This document shows positions 54,770 through 64,000 of a stretch of 64,000 bases of DNA, piece by piece. The DNA comes from Candidatus Norongarragalinales archaeon. Its GTDB lineage: Archaea > Micrarchaeota > Micrarchaeia > Norongarragalinales > Norongarragalinaceae. The notes under the pieces were generated by a model. That model did no database searches. It worked only from the letters and a program-made list of their open reading frames with translations, and was not told the DNA's origin. Numbering within the stretch: position 1 is the stretch's first letter; every line of letters begins with the position of its first letter. Position numbers and translations under genes: made by a program. Where the stretch lies: NCBI GenBank assembly GCA_038884755.1, contig JAWABJ010000001.1:192001-256000 (forward strand), written 5' to 3'.

Positions 54770-55057
54770 TCACTTCAAGGAAGGCGGAATTATTTCCGGC
54801 CTCTCCTTCGTCAACAGAAAATAGTAAGACGAAAACTTCAGCCTGTACTCGACGGCGAGCTTAATCCACTTGAACAACGTTTGCTGGCGCTTGCCCGTGA
54901 AAATGATGTATAAAAGTTGAATCACCCAGCAGATTGCTCCTATCAGGCTCAAAATCCAAAGCACTATGACGAGCGGAATCCAGTATACCAAGCGTACGAG
55001 CAATTCTTTCCTGCTGGCTTTAGCGTCGTATTTGACGTCGAAATTCAAAGTCTTCAT
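54770..55057 (-). CDS. DUF4389 family small membrane protein
   Basis: SRKELLVRL..WIP, hydrophobic hairpin, IIFTGKR, Y..LLTKERP. Confidence 0.8.
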   Translation of the reverse strand: MKTLNFDVKYDAKASRKELLVRLVYWIPLVIVLWILSLIGAICWVIQLLYIIFTGKRQQTLFKWIKLAVEYRLKFSSYYFLLTKERPEIIPPSLK

Positions 55058-55105
55058 TTTCTCCCCACCTTTCCCTTTTTTCTAACCATTTTTACCCGCG
55101 CGGGC

Positions 55106-55549
55106 TTAAAGAGTTTTTTGCTTGCCTCTAATTTTCTCCGCCAGGGAGTCCAAGTCTTTTTGCGAAGGCTCCTTCCGCAATTCCGTTTCCCTCACGCCGA
55201 CGTGCTTGAACAAATTATCCCAGCTCTTTCGCGGCAGCAAATGGAAATGTACGTGCTGCTTGGAAAGCTTGGTTTCGGGAACGAAAGGCCTGTAATGCTG
55301 GCGCAAGTCCACCCCGTCGCACGGCAAGTTTTTCAAAAGCATTTTTTCTATCGCTACGACCAGGTCGAAAATCGAGTGCAGTTCATCCTTGTTGAAATCC
55401 CACAACGCCTTGTGGTGGGCTTTGGGGATTACCAGCGTATGCCCTTCGACTATCGGAAAAGCGTCGAGAATCGCCATCGCATGCTTGTTTTCCCCGAGCT
55501 TTGCGCTGTGCGCTTTTCCTTCAACGATAGTGCAGAAAACACAGTCCAT
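55106..55549 (-). CDS. HIT family hydrolase
   Basis: DCVFC, GHTLVIPKAH, HVHFHLLPR. Confidence 0.93.
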   Translation of the reverse strand: MDCVFCTIVEGKAHSAKLGENKHAMAILDAFPIVEGHTLVIPKAHHKALWDFNKDELHSIFDLVVAIEKMLLKNLPCDGVDLRQHYRPFVPETKLSKQHVHFHLLPRKSWDNLFKHVGVRETELRKEPSQKDLDSLAEKIRGKQKTL

Positions 55550-55577
55550 CAAAACGCCTTTTTTCTTTAACTTAATT

Positions 55578-55626
55578 TTTCTTTCTTTCGTTAACGTTTC
55601 TTTCTTTTTCGCAAAAAAGAAAGAAA
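55578..55626. repeat. tRNA-associated TTTCTTT/TTTCTTT/AAAGAAA element at the tRNA-Ala 3' flank
   Basis: TTTCTTTCTTT 55578-88; TTTCTTTCTTTTT-CGCA-AAAAAGAAAGAAA 55597-55626. Confidence 0.8.
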
Positions 55627-55632
55627 GGTTAG

Positions 55633-55844
55633 TGGACTCGGCGGGATTTTCAGCCTTGCCTTTCTTTTACCAAAAGAAAGGCGGTGGCGCCGCCAAAGAA
55701 AACGATTTACTTTCTTTTTCATGCGCCGGTTTAAGCTTTTGAACCCGCAGCCTCATGCACGAGGGGAATCTTTCTTTACTGAATTTTTCTTTCGCAAAGA
55801 AAAATTCTTGCCATGCATGCGATCTGCCGTTGATCTACGAGCCC
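55633..55844 (-). tRNA. tRNA-Ala(GGC) with two introns: 49 nt at 37/38 (55760-55808) and 91 nt at 59/60 (55647-55737)
   Basis: Spliced form GGGCTCG TA GATC..GATC G CATGC-AT-GGC-A|T-GCATG AGGCT GCGGG-TTCAAA|T-CCCGC CGAGTCC A; both junctions form BHB motifs (one T.C mismatch in the first). Confidence 0.88.
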
Positions 55845-55892
55845 ACACAGTCTACTGTAATTATCTTGGTTTGGAATGCTTTAATAGCGTTT

Positions 55893-56150
<258 letters not shown>

Positions 56151-56195
56151 CTATTAATGCATGGCGCGTTCGCTTTTAACCGTTTTGTTGTGCGC

Positions 56196-57017
56196 CTAAA
56201 ATTTTTGCGGTAGCGCGGGCTTGGCTTCCTGCGGCTTGCTTCCGCCACCGAACAGGTTTTTGAAAAAACGCATTATTCCAGCGAAAAAGCTTTTCTTTTC
56301 GGCGGGAGTCTGCACTTCCTCTCCTGTTATTTGAGCGGCGAGGTTTTTGAGCGAGCGGGCGAATTTGCTTGACGGGAACGCGAGGGAAACGGGCTTTTGC
56401 AGGGAAGACGCTTTCCTGACTTCCAGGTCTTCGGGCAGCACGCCTAGGTTTTTGAGCTTGAGGATGGTTTCCAGCTCGCGGGATTTTATTTCGTTTTTCT
56501 CGTTCAAAACCATGTTCAAGACGAAGCCGTCGATCTTCACGTTGTTTTTCTCGGCGAGAATCTGGACTTTCAGCGCGTCGGCGAGGGAAATCGGTTCGGG
56601 CGTGAGGACGAGAATCATTTCTTTGGCGGAAGTGATTGCGGCAAGCGCGTCTTCGCCCAATCCCGGCGGGCAGTCTATCAAGACGTAATCGTAAATTTCC
56701 TCGAGTTTTTTCACCGAGCGCTTGAGCACGGAGTAGTTCAGGCTGTCGCTTTCGGCTGAAATGCTGGACGGAACGTATTTCAGTCCCGCGGGCCCTTCGT
56801 AAACTGCTTCGGTAATCGCGTTTTCCTCGCGCAGGACGTTATTGAGGGAAATGGGCGTCTTGTCCACTCCAATCATGAGCCCGATGTTTGCCATTTGCAC
56901 GTCCGCGTCTACTATGACCACTCTTTTTCCGGATTGCGCGAGGAGTATGCCCATGTTTAGGGTTATCGTGCTTTTTCCCACGCCGCCTTTTCCCGACGCG
57001 AAAACCAGGCTGGTCAT
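56196..57017 (-). CDS. minD: MinD-family ATPase
   Basis: SGKGGVGKS, VDADVQMAN, IDCPPG, C-terminal amphipathic helix FFAGIMRFFKNLF. Confidence 0.9.
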   Translation of the reverse strand: MTSLVFASGKGGVGKSTITLNMGILLAQSGKRVVIVDADVQMANIGLMIGVDKTPISLNNVLREENAITEAVYEGPAGLKYVPSSISAESDSLNYSVLKRSVKKLEEIYDYVLIDCPPGLGEDALAAITSAKEMILVLTPEPISLADALKVQILAEKNNVKIDGFVLNMVLNEKNEIKSRELETILKLKNLGVLPEDLEVRKASSLQKPVSLAFPSSKFARSLKNLAAQITGEEVQTPAEKKSFFAGIMRFFKNLFGGGSKPQEAKPALPQKF

Positions 57018-57523
57018 TCGGAAGCCAATCCCCCCATCTTGTATTTCTTGAGCAGTTGTTCCCTGCTTTCCGGCTTTTCTCCCGCTTGCTGGGCCGTCAG
57101 TTGTTGTTCGAATAGCGGCGAGAATTCCTTGACGCTCGTGCTTTCAAGCTGCTTTTGGTCGGGAACGAAAATCATCTTTTGGTTTACTGCCAGCACGAGT
57201 TCCACTTGTTCGGGTGTTAGTTCAACCACGTCCATGACGCCCGTCGTCGCAGCAGCCGCGTTGAGGATGCGTTGGAACGCTTCCGGACCTTGGAATTCCT
57301 TGTCGTGCTTGTAGTATTCGTAAGCGCACCCGACTATTTTTCCCGAGTCGAACAGCACGGTCCCTTCCTCGAATCCACCCGTGCCTTTTATGCACAAAGC
57401 GACGTATCCGCTGAAGTTCTTGCGCTGCAGTTGCACCAGCGCCTTCAAAAAATCAACGTTGCTGACGTCCACGTTTTTGTTGAGCATTTTTCCCGAAGGT
57501 AGGCTGAGCATTTTTTTTTTCAC
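57014..57523 (-). CDS. DUF2226-like protein
   Basis: FSGYV, EEGTVLFDSGKIVG, SREQLLKKY. Confidence 0.7.
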   Translation of the reverse strand: MKKKMLSLPSGKMLNKNVDVSNVDFLKALVQLQRKNFSGYVALCIKGTGGFEEGTVLFDSGKIVGCAYEYYKHDKEFQGPEAFQRILNAAAATTGVMDVVELTPEQVELVLAVNQKMIFVPDQKQLESTSVKEFSPLFEQQLTAQQAGEKPESREQLLKKYKMGGLASE

Positions 57524-57978
57524 TCCCGCAAGTCAATAACTATGTCCGCGGTGTTTCGCAATGCCGTTGAAAAGTCGGGTTCGAGCCCCACGACTATGGT
57601 TTCCTTGCCGTGTTCCTTCGCTTTTGCCAAGAGTGGCTTGAAGTCGCTGTCGCGCGAGACTATTGCAATCGATTCTATGCTGTCGTTGAAAATCGCTTCC
57701 GACGCTTCCACCGCCAACGCAACATCAACGTCGCTCGGAACTATCGTTACGTCGAAACCTTGGTTTGTCACGGCTTCGATGAGCTTGTCCGAGGCGTACT
57801 GGTCGAGCATGACGCGCGCGACTTTTATTTGCCCGTACTTGGACAGTTTTTTCTTTATTTTGTCCAAGTCTACTCCCAACTCTTTGCGCAGTATGTTGGG
57901 CCCGTCGACGAAGCAAGCGATGTTTTTCTTGTGCTCTTTCTTTAGGGCTTCCTTCATCTTGTCTAGAAAGCTGGACAT
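57520..57978 (-). CDS. NYN-domain protein (TIGR00288-like)
   Basis: FVDGPNILRKE, DVDVALAVE, SRDSDFKP, FSTALRNTAD. Confidence 0.9.
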   Translation of the reverse strand: MSSFLDKMKEALKKEHKKNIACFVDGPNILRKELGVDLDKIKKKLSKYGQIKVARVMLDQYASDKLIEAVTNQGFDVTIVPSDVDVALAVEASEAIFNDSIESIAIVSRDSDFKPLLAKAKEHGKETIVVGLEPDFSTALRNTADIVIDLRE

Positions 57979-57990
57979 GGATAACCAACC

Positions 57991-58734
57991 TCAAGCCGTT
58001 CCGGCTTTGGCGATTTTCTTGAAGTTTTCGTATATGCTTAACTCGACTTCCTTTAAAGGCATTTTCTTTATTTCTGCCAAACGCTCGTACGAAACTATGA
58101 CGTTGGCTGGCTCGTTGCGTTCGCTGGAGTTCAAGCCGTACGGTGAGTCGGTTTCCAAGAGCATCCGCTCGAGAGGTGCGTTGCGGAAGATTTTCTTTTG
58201 CTCCTTGCTCTTGAACGTGGGCACGCTTACGTAGCACCCGACGTCGATTGCTTTGGTCAAGAGCTTGGCTTCGAGCCAGAAATGCAAAACACGGGGCATA
58301 GTGTAGGATGAAATGATGTCGATTACTTCAGCTTCCGCCTTGCGCGTATGCATTACGACGGGCTTTCCGAGCTTTTGGGCTAATTCCAGTTGCATTATGA
58401 ACACTTTCTCTTGCGCTTTGTGCTGTGAATGGTATTTGAAGTGGTGGAAGTCCATGCCTATTTCGCCTATTGCAATAGCCTTGCTTGCGTTTTGCTCGAT
58501 GAATTCCAATTCCTTCTCCAAATCGGCGTTGGGCACATCGTGCGGGCTCAAGCCTATTGCCGCGCGAAGGGATTTCGGGTGTTGCGCCATTTGCTCCAAC
58601 GCCTTTTTGTTTCCGGCCATGTTGAAGCCGGTGTTAACCGCAATGACGTTCTTTTCGAGCATCCGCTCTACCACTTTCACTATGCCTTTGGAGAAAGCCT
58701 CGTGGTTCAAGTGCGCGTGAAAGTCGACGAACAT
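57991..58734 (-). CDS. tatD: TatD family nuclease
   Basis: DFHAH, IGEIGMD, MHTR, LLETDSPY, NEP. Confidence 0.93.
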   Translation of the reverse strand: MFVDFHAHLNHEAFSKGIVKVVERMLEKNVIAVNTGFNMAGNKKALEQMAQHPKSLRAAIGLSPHDVPNADLEKELEFIEQNASKAIAIGEIGMDFHHFKYHSQHKAQEKVFIMQLELAQKLGKPVVMHTRKAEAEVIDIISSYTMPRVLHFWLEAKLLTKAIDVGCYVSVPTFKSKEQKKIFRNAPLERMLLETDSPYGLNSSERNEPANVIVSYERLAEIKKMPLKEVELSIYENFKKIAKAGTA

Positions 58735-58755
58735 TTTCTATAATCTCTCGCTTTA

Positions 58756-59385
58756 CTATTTGAATTGTTCGAGAGCCAGTTTCAACCTTCCTTCGTGAAA
58801 CTGTAGTTTGGGTTCGACTATTACTCCGTGCGTTTCCGCAAGTTCGTCGATAAAGTTCATGTCTTCTTCTGCATGGGTCATTATTTCCAGGTATTGCAAG
58901 TAACGCATTCGTTCAGTTTCCCAAACTCCCTTTATTTGCTCTTCGTTTCTTTTACTGCGCTTAGCCAGTTCTTCTTTCTTTTCCTCGGGGATTAAATTAT
59001 TTTTTAATTCCTCTGCTTGTTTCTTTAATTCCTCTCGAAATGTGGCGGGAAGCAAAGAGTCCATCCTGACGGAATGAAAATCGTTTCGGTATAATATTCC
59101 CCTCCTGTTTATTGGCATTCCTGCAAGATTGGCTTCGACTTTAATCCTGTCGTGCCTTTCCCGGCCGATTTTGTCGTCGAATTCCTGTATTTTTTTGATG
59201 TGTTCTTCTTTAATGCCGCTTTTTTGCAAACTGCGTTTTAGTGCTTGCTCTTTAATCTCATGAATGTTGAACAAAATCGAGTTTTTCTTGAGTTCGGCGT
59301 TTGCCAGAGTTTTAAAGCCGTGATTTCTGGACTTGTTTTCCAGCTCCCTGCAAAAACTTTGCCAAGTCATTTTCTTGCCTTTCAC
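58756..59385 (-). CDS. Hypothetical charged helical protein
   Basis: 209-aa E/K-rich ORF, visibly AT-rich; start may be ATG 59370. Confidence 0.6.
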   Translation of the reverse strand: MKGKKMTWQSFCRELENKSRNHGFKTLANAELKKNSILFNIHEIKEQALKRSLQKSGIKEEHIKKIQEFDDKIGRERHDRIKVEANLAGMPINRRGILYRNDFHSVRMDSLLPATFREELKKQAEELKNNLIPEEKKEELAKRSKRNEEQIKGVWETERMRYLQYLEIMTHAEEDMNFIDELAETHGVIVEPKLQFHEGRLKLALEQFK

Positions 59386-59473
59386 TTGTTTTAAAAATCT
59401 TATCGTGCTAACTAATTAAAGCGTTTTCCTGGAATGCTTTTTTTTTGCATCTGAAAAACGGTGGTTTTGCGAA

Positions 59474-59875
59474 ATGAGCGATGTTGTTTTCGGTCAAATG
59501 GGCGACTTGAAAATAGGCCGGTTCGTGGTCATAGAAGGCGAGCCTTGCAAGATAGTGAGCATGGACAAGAGCAAGCCTGGAAAGCACGGTGCTGCTAAAG
59601 TGAATGTAGTCGCAATGTCTTTGCTGAGCGGGAATAAAAAGACCCTAATGAAAAGCAGCGATGCGGACGTCGAGATTCCCGTAGTAACGCGCAAGCGCTC
59701 TCAAATCGTGAGCGTCGCGGGAACTACCGCCCAGCTCATGGATTCCGAGAGCTTCGAGGTTTTTGAAGTTGAGATTCCCGAGGAAATGCGTTCTGAGGTA
59801 GAGGTAGGAAAGGAAATCCAGTACATGGACGTGATGGGAAAAAGGCTTTTGTTGAAAGTCAGCGGGGAAAGCTGA
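59474..59875 (+). CDS. eif5a: Translation factor aIF5A
   Basis: Hypusine motif SKPGKHGAAK. Confidence 0.97.
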   Translation: MSDVVFGQMGDLKIGRFVVIEGEPCKIVSMDKSKPGKHGAAKVNVVAMSLLSGNKKTLMKSSDADVEIPVVTRKRSQIVSVAGTTAQLMDSESFEVFEVEIPEEMRSEVEVGKEIQYMDVMGKRLLLKVSGES

Positions 59876-60074
59876 TTCGTTTCCTGGCGGTTTTTGGGGA
59901 GTTTCCGCGCTGTTCCGGGCCTTTTCAGGCTCTGCAGGGCCTTTTGTGATTGGAAAACTCCTTTGCCAGCGTAAGTTCCGGAAAACTCTTTTAAACTCTT
60001 CTAGGCATTAGAGTAGGTGCTCTCGCGAAGGTGAGCGCGCGTTTTTTTTTTTCCATCCTTAGGCGGCTTTCGCC

Positions 60075-62156
60075 TTGGAAGGAGAGTGGGTAGGGTTGGA
60101 GGAAGAGATTCAGCAGTTTCAGGAGTACTTTTCCACTACTCTCAAGAACCAGCTTTACGACTTGGTCGGTTCGTATCCTCAAAAGAAAAGCTTGGAAGTG
60201 GACTTGACGCTTTTTTCCCGCTTCAACCTTGATTTGTCGCAGGCGATTGCCGAAAAGCCAGACCACTATTCGAAAGCGGCGGGGGAAGCGCTTCGGAAAA
60301 GCGTTGAAAGCTTTGGGATAATGCCCGAAGGCTTCAAGCCGAGAGTGCGCTTTTGCAATTTGCCCGAGAAAGAAGTCCTAGTGCAGTATTTGGGTGCAGA
60401 GCATTTGAACAAGCTCGTGCAAGTGCAGGGCGTTGTCAATCTCATTACCGACATTCGCCCCAAAATGCAAGTAGCCTTGTGGGAGTGCGCTTATTGCGAA
60501 CGCACTACGAAAAACTATCCCGACAAGTCTGGATTAAAACCTCCAGTTTTGTGTGGTCACTGCGGGAAGAAAGAATTCAATTTGCTGGAAGCGACCAGCG
60601 ACTTCGTCAATACGCAGTACGGGCAGCTGCAGGATTTGCTCGAGCGCGTGCAAGGCTCTTCAACGCCTTCGCATGTCGACTTGTGGTTTGAAGATGAATT
60701 GACTAACGTGGTCGTGCCCGGAGAGACTGTAACGGTGACTGGCATTTTGCGTTTGATGCCTAGGCTGGAAAAAGGCAAGGGAAAGAGCGCGGTTTACGGG
60801 AAGGCATTCGACGTGGTTTTCGTGCGCAAGGAGGAAAAGGAGTTTGAGGAAATAGAGATTTCCAAGGAGGAAGAACAGAAGATAATGGAGTTTTCAAAAA
60901 ACCCGCGCGTTCGCGAGCAGATTCGCGACAGCATCGCGCCGAGCATTTACGGGCATTTTGAAGTCAAGCAGGCGATTGCAATGCAGTTGTTCGGGGGGAC
61001 GCCTGACAAGGTTTTGCCGGACGGCAACAAAGTGCGCAGCGACATTCACGTTCTACTCATCGGAGACCCGGGCGTTGCAAAATCGCAGTTGTTGAAGTTT
61101 ACGGAAAACCTCGCGCCCAAATGCATTTACGTTGCCGGAAGGGGCGCGTCCGGAGTGGGGCTTACTGCCTCCGCGGAAAAAGACAAGGCCGGCGAAGGTT
61201 GGGTTTTGAAAGCAGGTGCTTTGGTTTTGGCGAGCGGCGGTTTGGTTGCGATCGACGAGTTCGACAAGATGCAGGAGGAAGACCGCGCCAACATTCACGA
61301 AGCTTTGGAACAGCAACAAATCAGCATCGCGAAAGCCGGTATAGTGACGCGCTTTAAGGCTAAGACTTCAGTGCTTGCGGCGGCGAACCCGAAGTTCGGG
61401 CGTTTCGACTCCAACACGCCTATCGCGGAGCAATTCGACATTCCCGTTACGCTGCTCTCTAGGTTCGACTTGATTTTCACCATTCGCGATATTATAGACG
61501 AAGGGCAGGACCGGCGCATGGCGACGCACATTCTTGGAGGTTTGAAGTACGCTGGGGAAAACAAGGCGGGCGTGAAAGCGCAAGAAAAGCAAACGCCCGC
61601 CGGCTTGATAAACACCGATTTGCTGCGAAAGTATATAGCCTACGCTAGAAGAAGCGTTTTCCCGCAATTGACTCCAGACGCAATGGACCGAATTAAGGAT
61701 TATTACGTTCAGTTGCGGGCTTTGGGCGCGAAAACCCAGACTTTCCCCGTCACTCCCCGCGACCTCGAGGGGTTAGTGCGTTTGGCTGAAGCTTCGGCTA
61801 AAATGCGGTTGAGCCAGAGCGTGGAATTGCAGGACGCGGAATACGCGATTTCCCTCAAGGATTTCGTGTTGAACCTGGTTTTCGTGGACAAAGCGACAGG
61901 CAAAATCGATGCGGACGTGATTCTCACGGGAACGTCCAAGGCGAAGCGCGACAAGATTTTCACGATTTTGAACATAGTGCGCGAATTGCAAAGAGAGTTC
62001 GACATGGTGGAAACGCAGGATGTTTTGAAGCAGGCGGCGGCGCACGCTTTGGACGAGCAGGATGCAATGCGGATTATCGAGGAGCTTGTTACCAAAGGCG
62101 AGCTTTACAGGCCCAAGGCGGGTTTCGTGAGAATGCCTTCGAAAGAATACGGCTGA
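60075..62156 (+). CDS. mcm: Replicative helicase MCM
   Basis: CxxC..CxxC, GDPGVAKSQ, IDEFDKM, AAANP, LLSRFD, C-terminal winged helix. Confidence 0.98.
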   Translation: MEGEWVGLEEEIQQFQEYFSTTLKNQLYDLVGSYPQKKSLEVDLTLFSRFNLDLSQAIAEKPDHYSKAAGEALRKSVESFGIMPEGFKPRVRFCNLPEKEVLVQYLGAEHLNKLVQVQGVVNLITDIRPKMQVALWECAYCERTTKNYPDKSGLKPPVLCGHCGKKEFNLLEATSDFVNTQYGQLQDLLERVQGSSTPSHVDLWFEDELTNVVVPGETVTVTGILRLMPRLEKGKGKSAVYGKAFDVVFVRKEEKEFEEIEISKEEEQKIMEFSKNPRVREQIRDSIAPSIYGHFEVKQAIAMQLFGGTPDKVLPDGNKVRSDIHVLLIGDPGVAKSQLLKFTENLAPKCIYVAGRGASGVGLTASAEKDKAGEGWVLKAGALVLASGGLVAIDEFDKMQEEDRANIHEALEQQQISIAKAGIVTRFKAKTSVLAAANPKFGRFDSNTPIAEQFDIPVTLLSRFDLIFTIRDIIDEGQDRRMATHILGGLKYAGENKAGVKAQEKQTPAGLINTDLLRKYIAYARRSVFPQLTPDAMDRIKDYYVQLRALGAKTQTFPVTPRDLEGLVRLAEASAKMRLSQSVELQDAEYAISLKDFVLNLVFVDKATGKIDADVILTGTSKAKRDKIFTILNIVRELQREFDMVETQDVLKQAAAHALDEQDAMRIIEELVTKGELYRPKAGFVRMPSKEYG

Positions 62157-62211
62157 AGCCACACGGTTTTTTAAGCATCTTTCGCGTGATGTTGGAAACG
62201 GGTGTTGTTTT

Positions 62212-63192
62212 TTGAAAGGGCTTTTGGTTGTCGTCTTCGCCGCGCTGCTTGCGACCGGTTGCTTGAGCGAATCGCCCGCGCCTTCTTCCTCTGCAACGCC
62301 GACGAGCGTGGTGGTTCAAGAGCCTTCCCCTCTTCCTTCCCTTTTACCTTCCCCGACCGTAGTGGTGGAAATCCCCACTCCTTCGCCCGAGCCGTTGAAT
62401 TACTCCAAAGAAGAGGTTGTTTCGGAATACTTGAAGGCGGTAAACGCCCAGGATTTCGAGAAGGCTTACTCTCTCGTTTCCCGCGACTTCAAGGGCGAAG
62501 ATCCCGACGCAGCCACCCTCGCGGCTTTCAAGGCCAGGATGGAGAAGGATTACCCGTTCGGGCTTTCGTTTTCCGGCGTCGCGGTTGTGGTGAACAACCC
62601 GCGCGAGGTCGCGGCGAACATCGTGAAAGGCGGAAGCACGACTTCGAGAACGCTGGGGTTCATCCTTTCTTTCGAAAGCGGATTTTGGAAACTGCGGGTT
62701 CCCTTCCCAACTCCCGGAAAGTATTATAACGCAAAGGCTTCGGTCCGCCTGAACCCGGTTGAAATGAGCAGGAATTTAGAGCTGGCGCTGAACGACTTTT
62801 TCTCGAGGCTCGATTCGAGAGTCAAGAACGACCCGTTTACGATAAGCGAGTACGACAAGGGCAACCACGTTTTCTACTCTTCGAAAACCGTGCGCTTGAA
62901 GAGGACCGACGGGCTGCAGAGGGACATGGAAATCGAAGTGACTTTCGGCCCGTCTTTCCTCATAGGCGGCCTGGCGACTACCGCGAAGTTGCTTGAAGAC
63001 CGGCTATTGTACTTCCAATACCAAGACGGGATAAAACGCCAGGGCGGTCACGCGGGCTTTTACTGCTACGCTTCTTCGGTTAACTACTTCCTGAAAGTCA
63101 AGATGGACAGCAACTTCGCGGAATTCTATTCTTATGAGGAAAACATTTTCGCGCCCGTGATGAACGAGCTGAACAAAATCTGCCCGCCTTGA
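62212..63192 (+). CDS. Lipoprotein with Pro/Ser/Thr linker and NTF2-like domain
   Basis: LLATGC lipobox; EEVVSEYLKAV..QDFEKAYSL...ESGFWKL. Confidence 0.7.
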   Translation: MKGLLVVVFAALLATGCLSESPAPSSSATPTSVVVQEPSPLPSLLPSPTVVVEIPTPSPEPLNYSKEEVVSEYLKAVNAQDFEKAYSLVSRDFKGEDPDAATLAAFKARMEKDYPFGLSFSGVAVVVNNPREVAANIVKGGSTTSRTLGFILSFESGFWKLRVPFPTPGKYYNAKASVRLNPVEMSRNLELALNDFFSRLDSRVKNDPFTISEYDKGNHVFYSSKTVRLKRTDGLQRDMEIEVTFGPSFLIGGLATTAKLLEDRLLYFQYQDGIKRQGGHAGFYCYASSVNYFLKVKMDSNFAEFYSYEENIFAPVMNELNKICPP

Positions 63193-63217
63193 AATGGGTT
63201 GAACGTAGAGTGTTGCC

Positions 63218-64000
63218 GTGAAATTGAAAAAAACCCATTTTCTCCTGCTTTCGTCTTTTTTCCTAGCTTTGGTCGCCGGGTTGTTCATAGGCGCGAATTT
63301 CATTTCACAACAGCTTTCGATCGTCGAGGATTCTGGCAGCGTTGAAAACGTCGGCTTTTTCTTCCTCTACATACTTTTCGCGACCGCCCTCATGCTTTTG
63401 GTTTTACATTTCTATCGCGGCAAGCGGCTGTTCTTTCTCGCCGAGGTTTTGCTCGAGTTTTCGGCGTTGCAAATATTGTTTTCGATTTTCATTGCCGAAC
63501 TTCCGGCGACTTTGCTTTCGCTCTCCCTGGTTTTGCTCAGGGTTTTCTACTCCCGCCTCAAGCAGCCTTTGCTTTTTGCGGCTACGGTCGTCGTCGGCGC
63601 TTTGCTAGGAAGTTCTTTCGACTTGATTCCGGCTTTGGCGTTGAGTTTCCTTCTCGCGGCATACGACTACTTCGCGGTGTTCAAGTCCAAGCACATGGTC
63701 ACGCTCGCGAAGGAATTGCAAAAGCGCGAGGCGGCTTTCGCAATCGAGTTTTCCAGCGCCCCTCCTTCCAAAGCGGCCGGGAAGCGCGTGGAAAAAACGC
63801 CGGCACGTGGGGAGAGCATTCTGCTGGGGACGGGAGATTTCGTGATTCCAGTGATGCTTTGCGTTTCCGTCCTCAAGCTCGGTGTTTTCGCCGCGCTCGC
63901 AACCGCGTTGGGCGCGTTCGTGGGGCTGAGCGCTTTGCTGTTCGTGATGCAGAAGACCCGAGGCTACTATCCCGCCTTGCCGCCAATAGTAATGTTCTCA
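63218..64000 (+). CDS. Presenilin/signal-peptide-peptidase family GxGD intramembrane aspartyl protease; runs off the window
   Basis: Own translation: AAYDYFAVFKSKHMVTLAK, LLGTGDFVIP, YYPALPP. Confidence 0.93.
   Translation, partial: MKLKKTHFLLLSSFFLALVAGLFIGANFISQQLSIVEDSGSVENVGFFFLYILFATALMLLVLHFYRGKRLFFLAEVLLEFSALQILFSIFIAELPATLLSLSLVLLRVFYSRLKQPLLFAATVVVGALLGSSFDLIPALALSFLLAAYDYFAVFKSKHMVTLAKELQKREAAFAIEFSSAPPSKAAGKRVEKTPARGESILLGTGDFVIPVMLCVSVLKLGVFAALATALGAFVGLSALLFVMQKTRGYYPALPPIVMFS

Noticed and set aside
59895..59990. Short direct repeats upstream of mcm (GGAAAACTC x2, GGGCCTTTT x2) as origin elements
   Set aside because: Only 9-mers, with no ORB consensus or clear unwinding element.

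Overview
This is an archaeal chromosomal segment. The gene content (PolD, MCM, Alba, aCPSF1, fibrillarin/Nop5), the Cys-rich surface proteins and the multi-intron tRNA suggest a DPANN archaeon, probably Micrarchaeota; this placement is inference. Most of the window is housekeeping: GlyRS, HisRS, IleRS, ProRS, PolD DP1/DP2, SMC, proteasome beta, aCPSF1, AK6, Sec61beta, Sm, aIF5A, MCM and a presenilin-like protease. It also has a tdh/kbl/pyk catabolic cluster, several large surface proteins and five tRNA genes, three of which carry bulge-helix-bulge (BHB) introns; tRNA-Ala(GGC) has two. The most notable unannotated signals are: (1) a tripartite TTTCTTT/TTTCTTT/AAAGAAA element with intrastrand-triplex geometry, seen six times and only in or beside tRNA genes, including inside three introns; (2) a dual-guide C/D box sRNA whose guides fit 23S rRNA U2552 and probably U2613; (3) several microproteins below the ORF-track cutoff, including a 31-aa Asp/Glu/Trp peptide; (4) a secreted protein with beta-defensin-like Cys modules; (5) several degenerate enzyme homologues. 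I saw no CRISPR array, rRNA gene, transposase or integrase.
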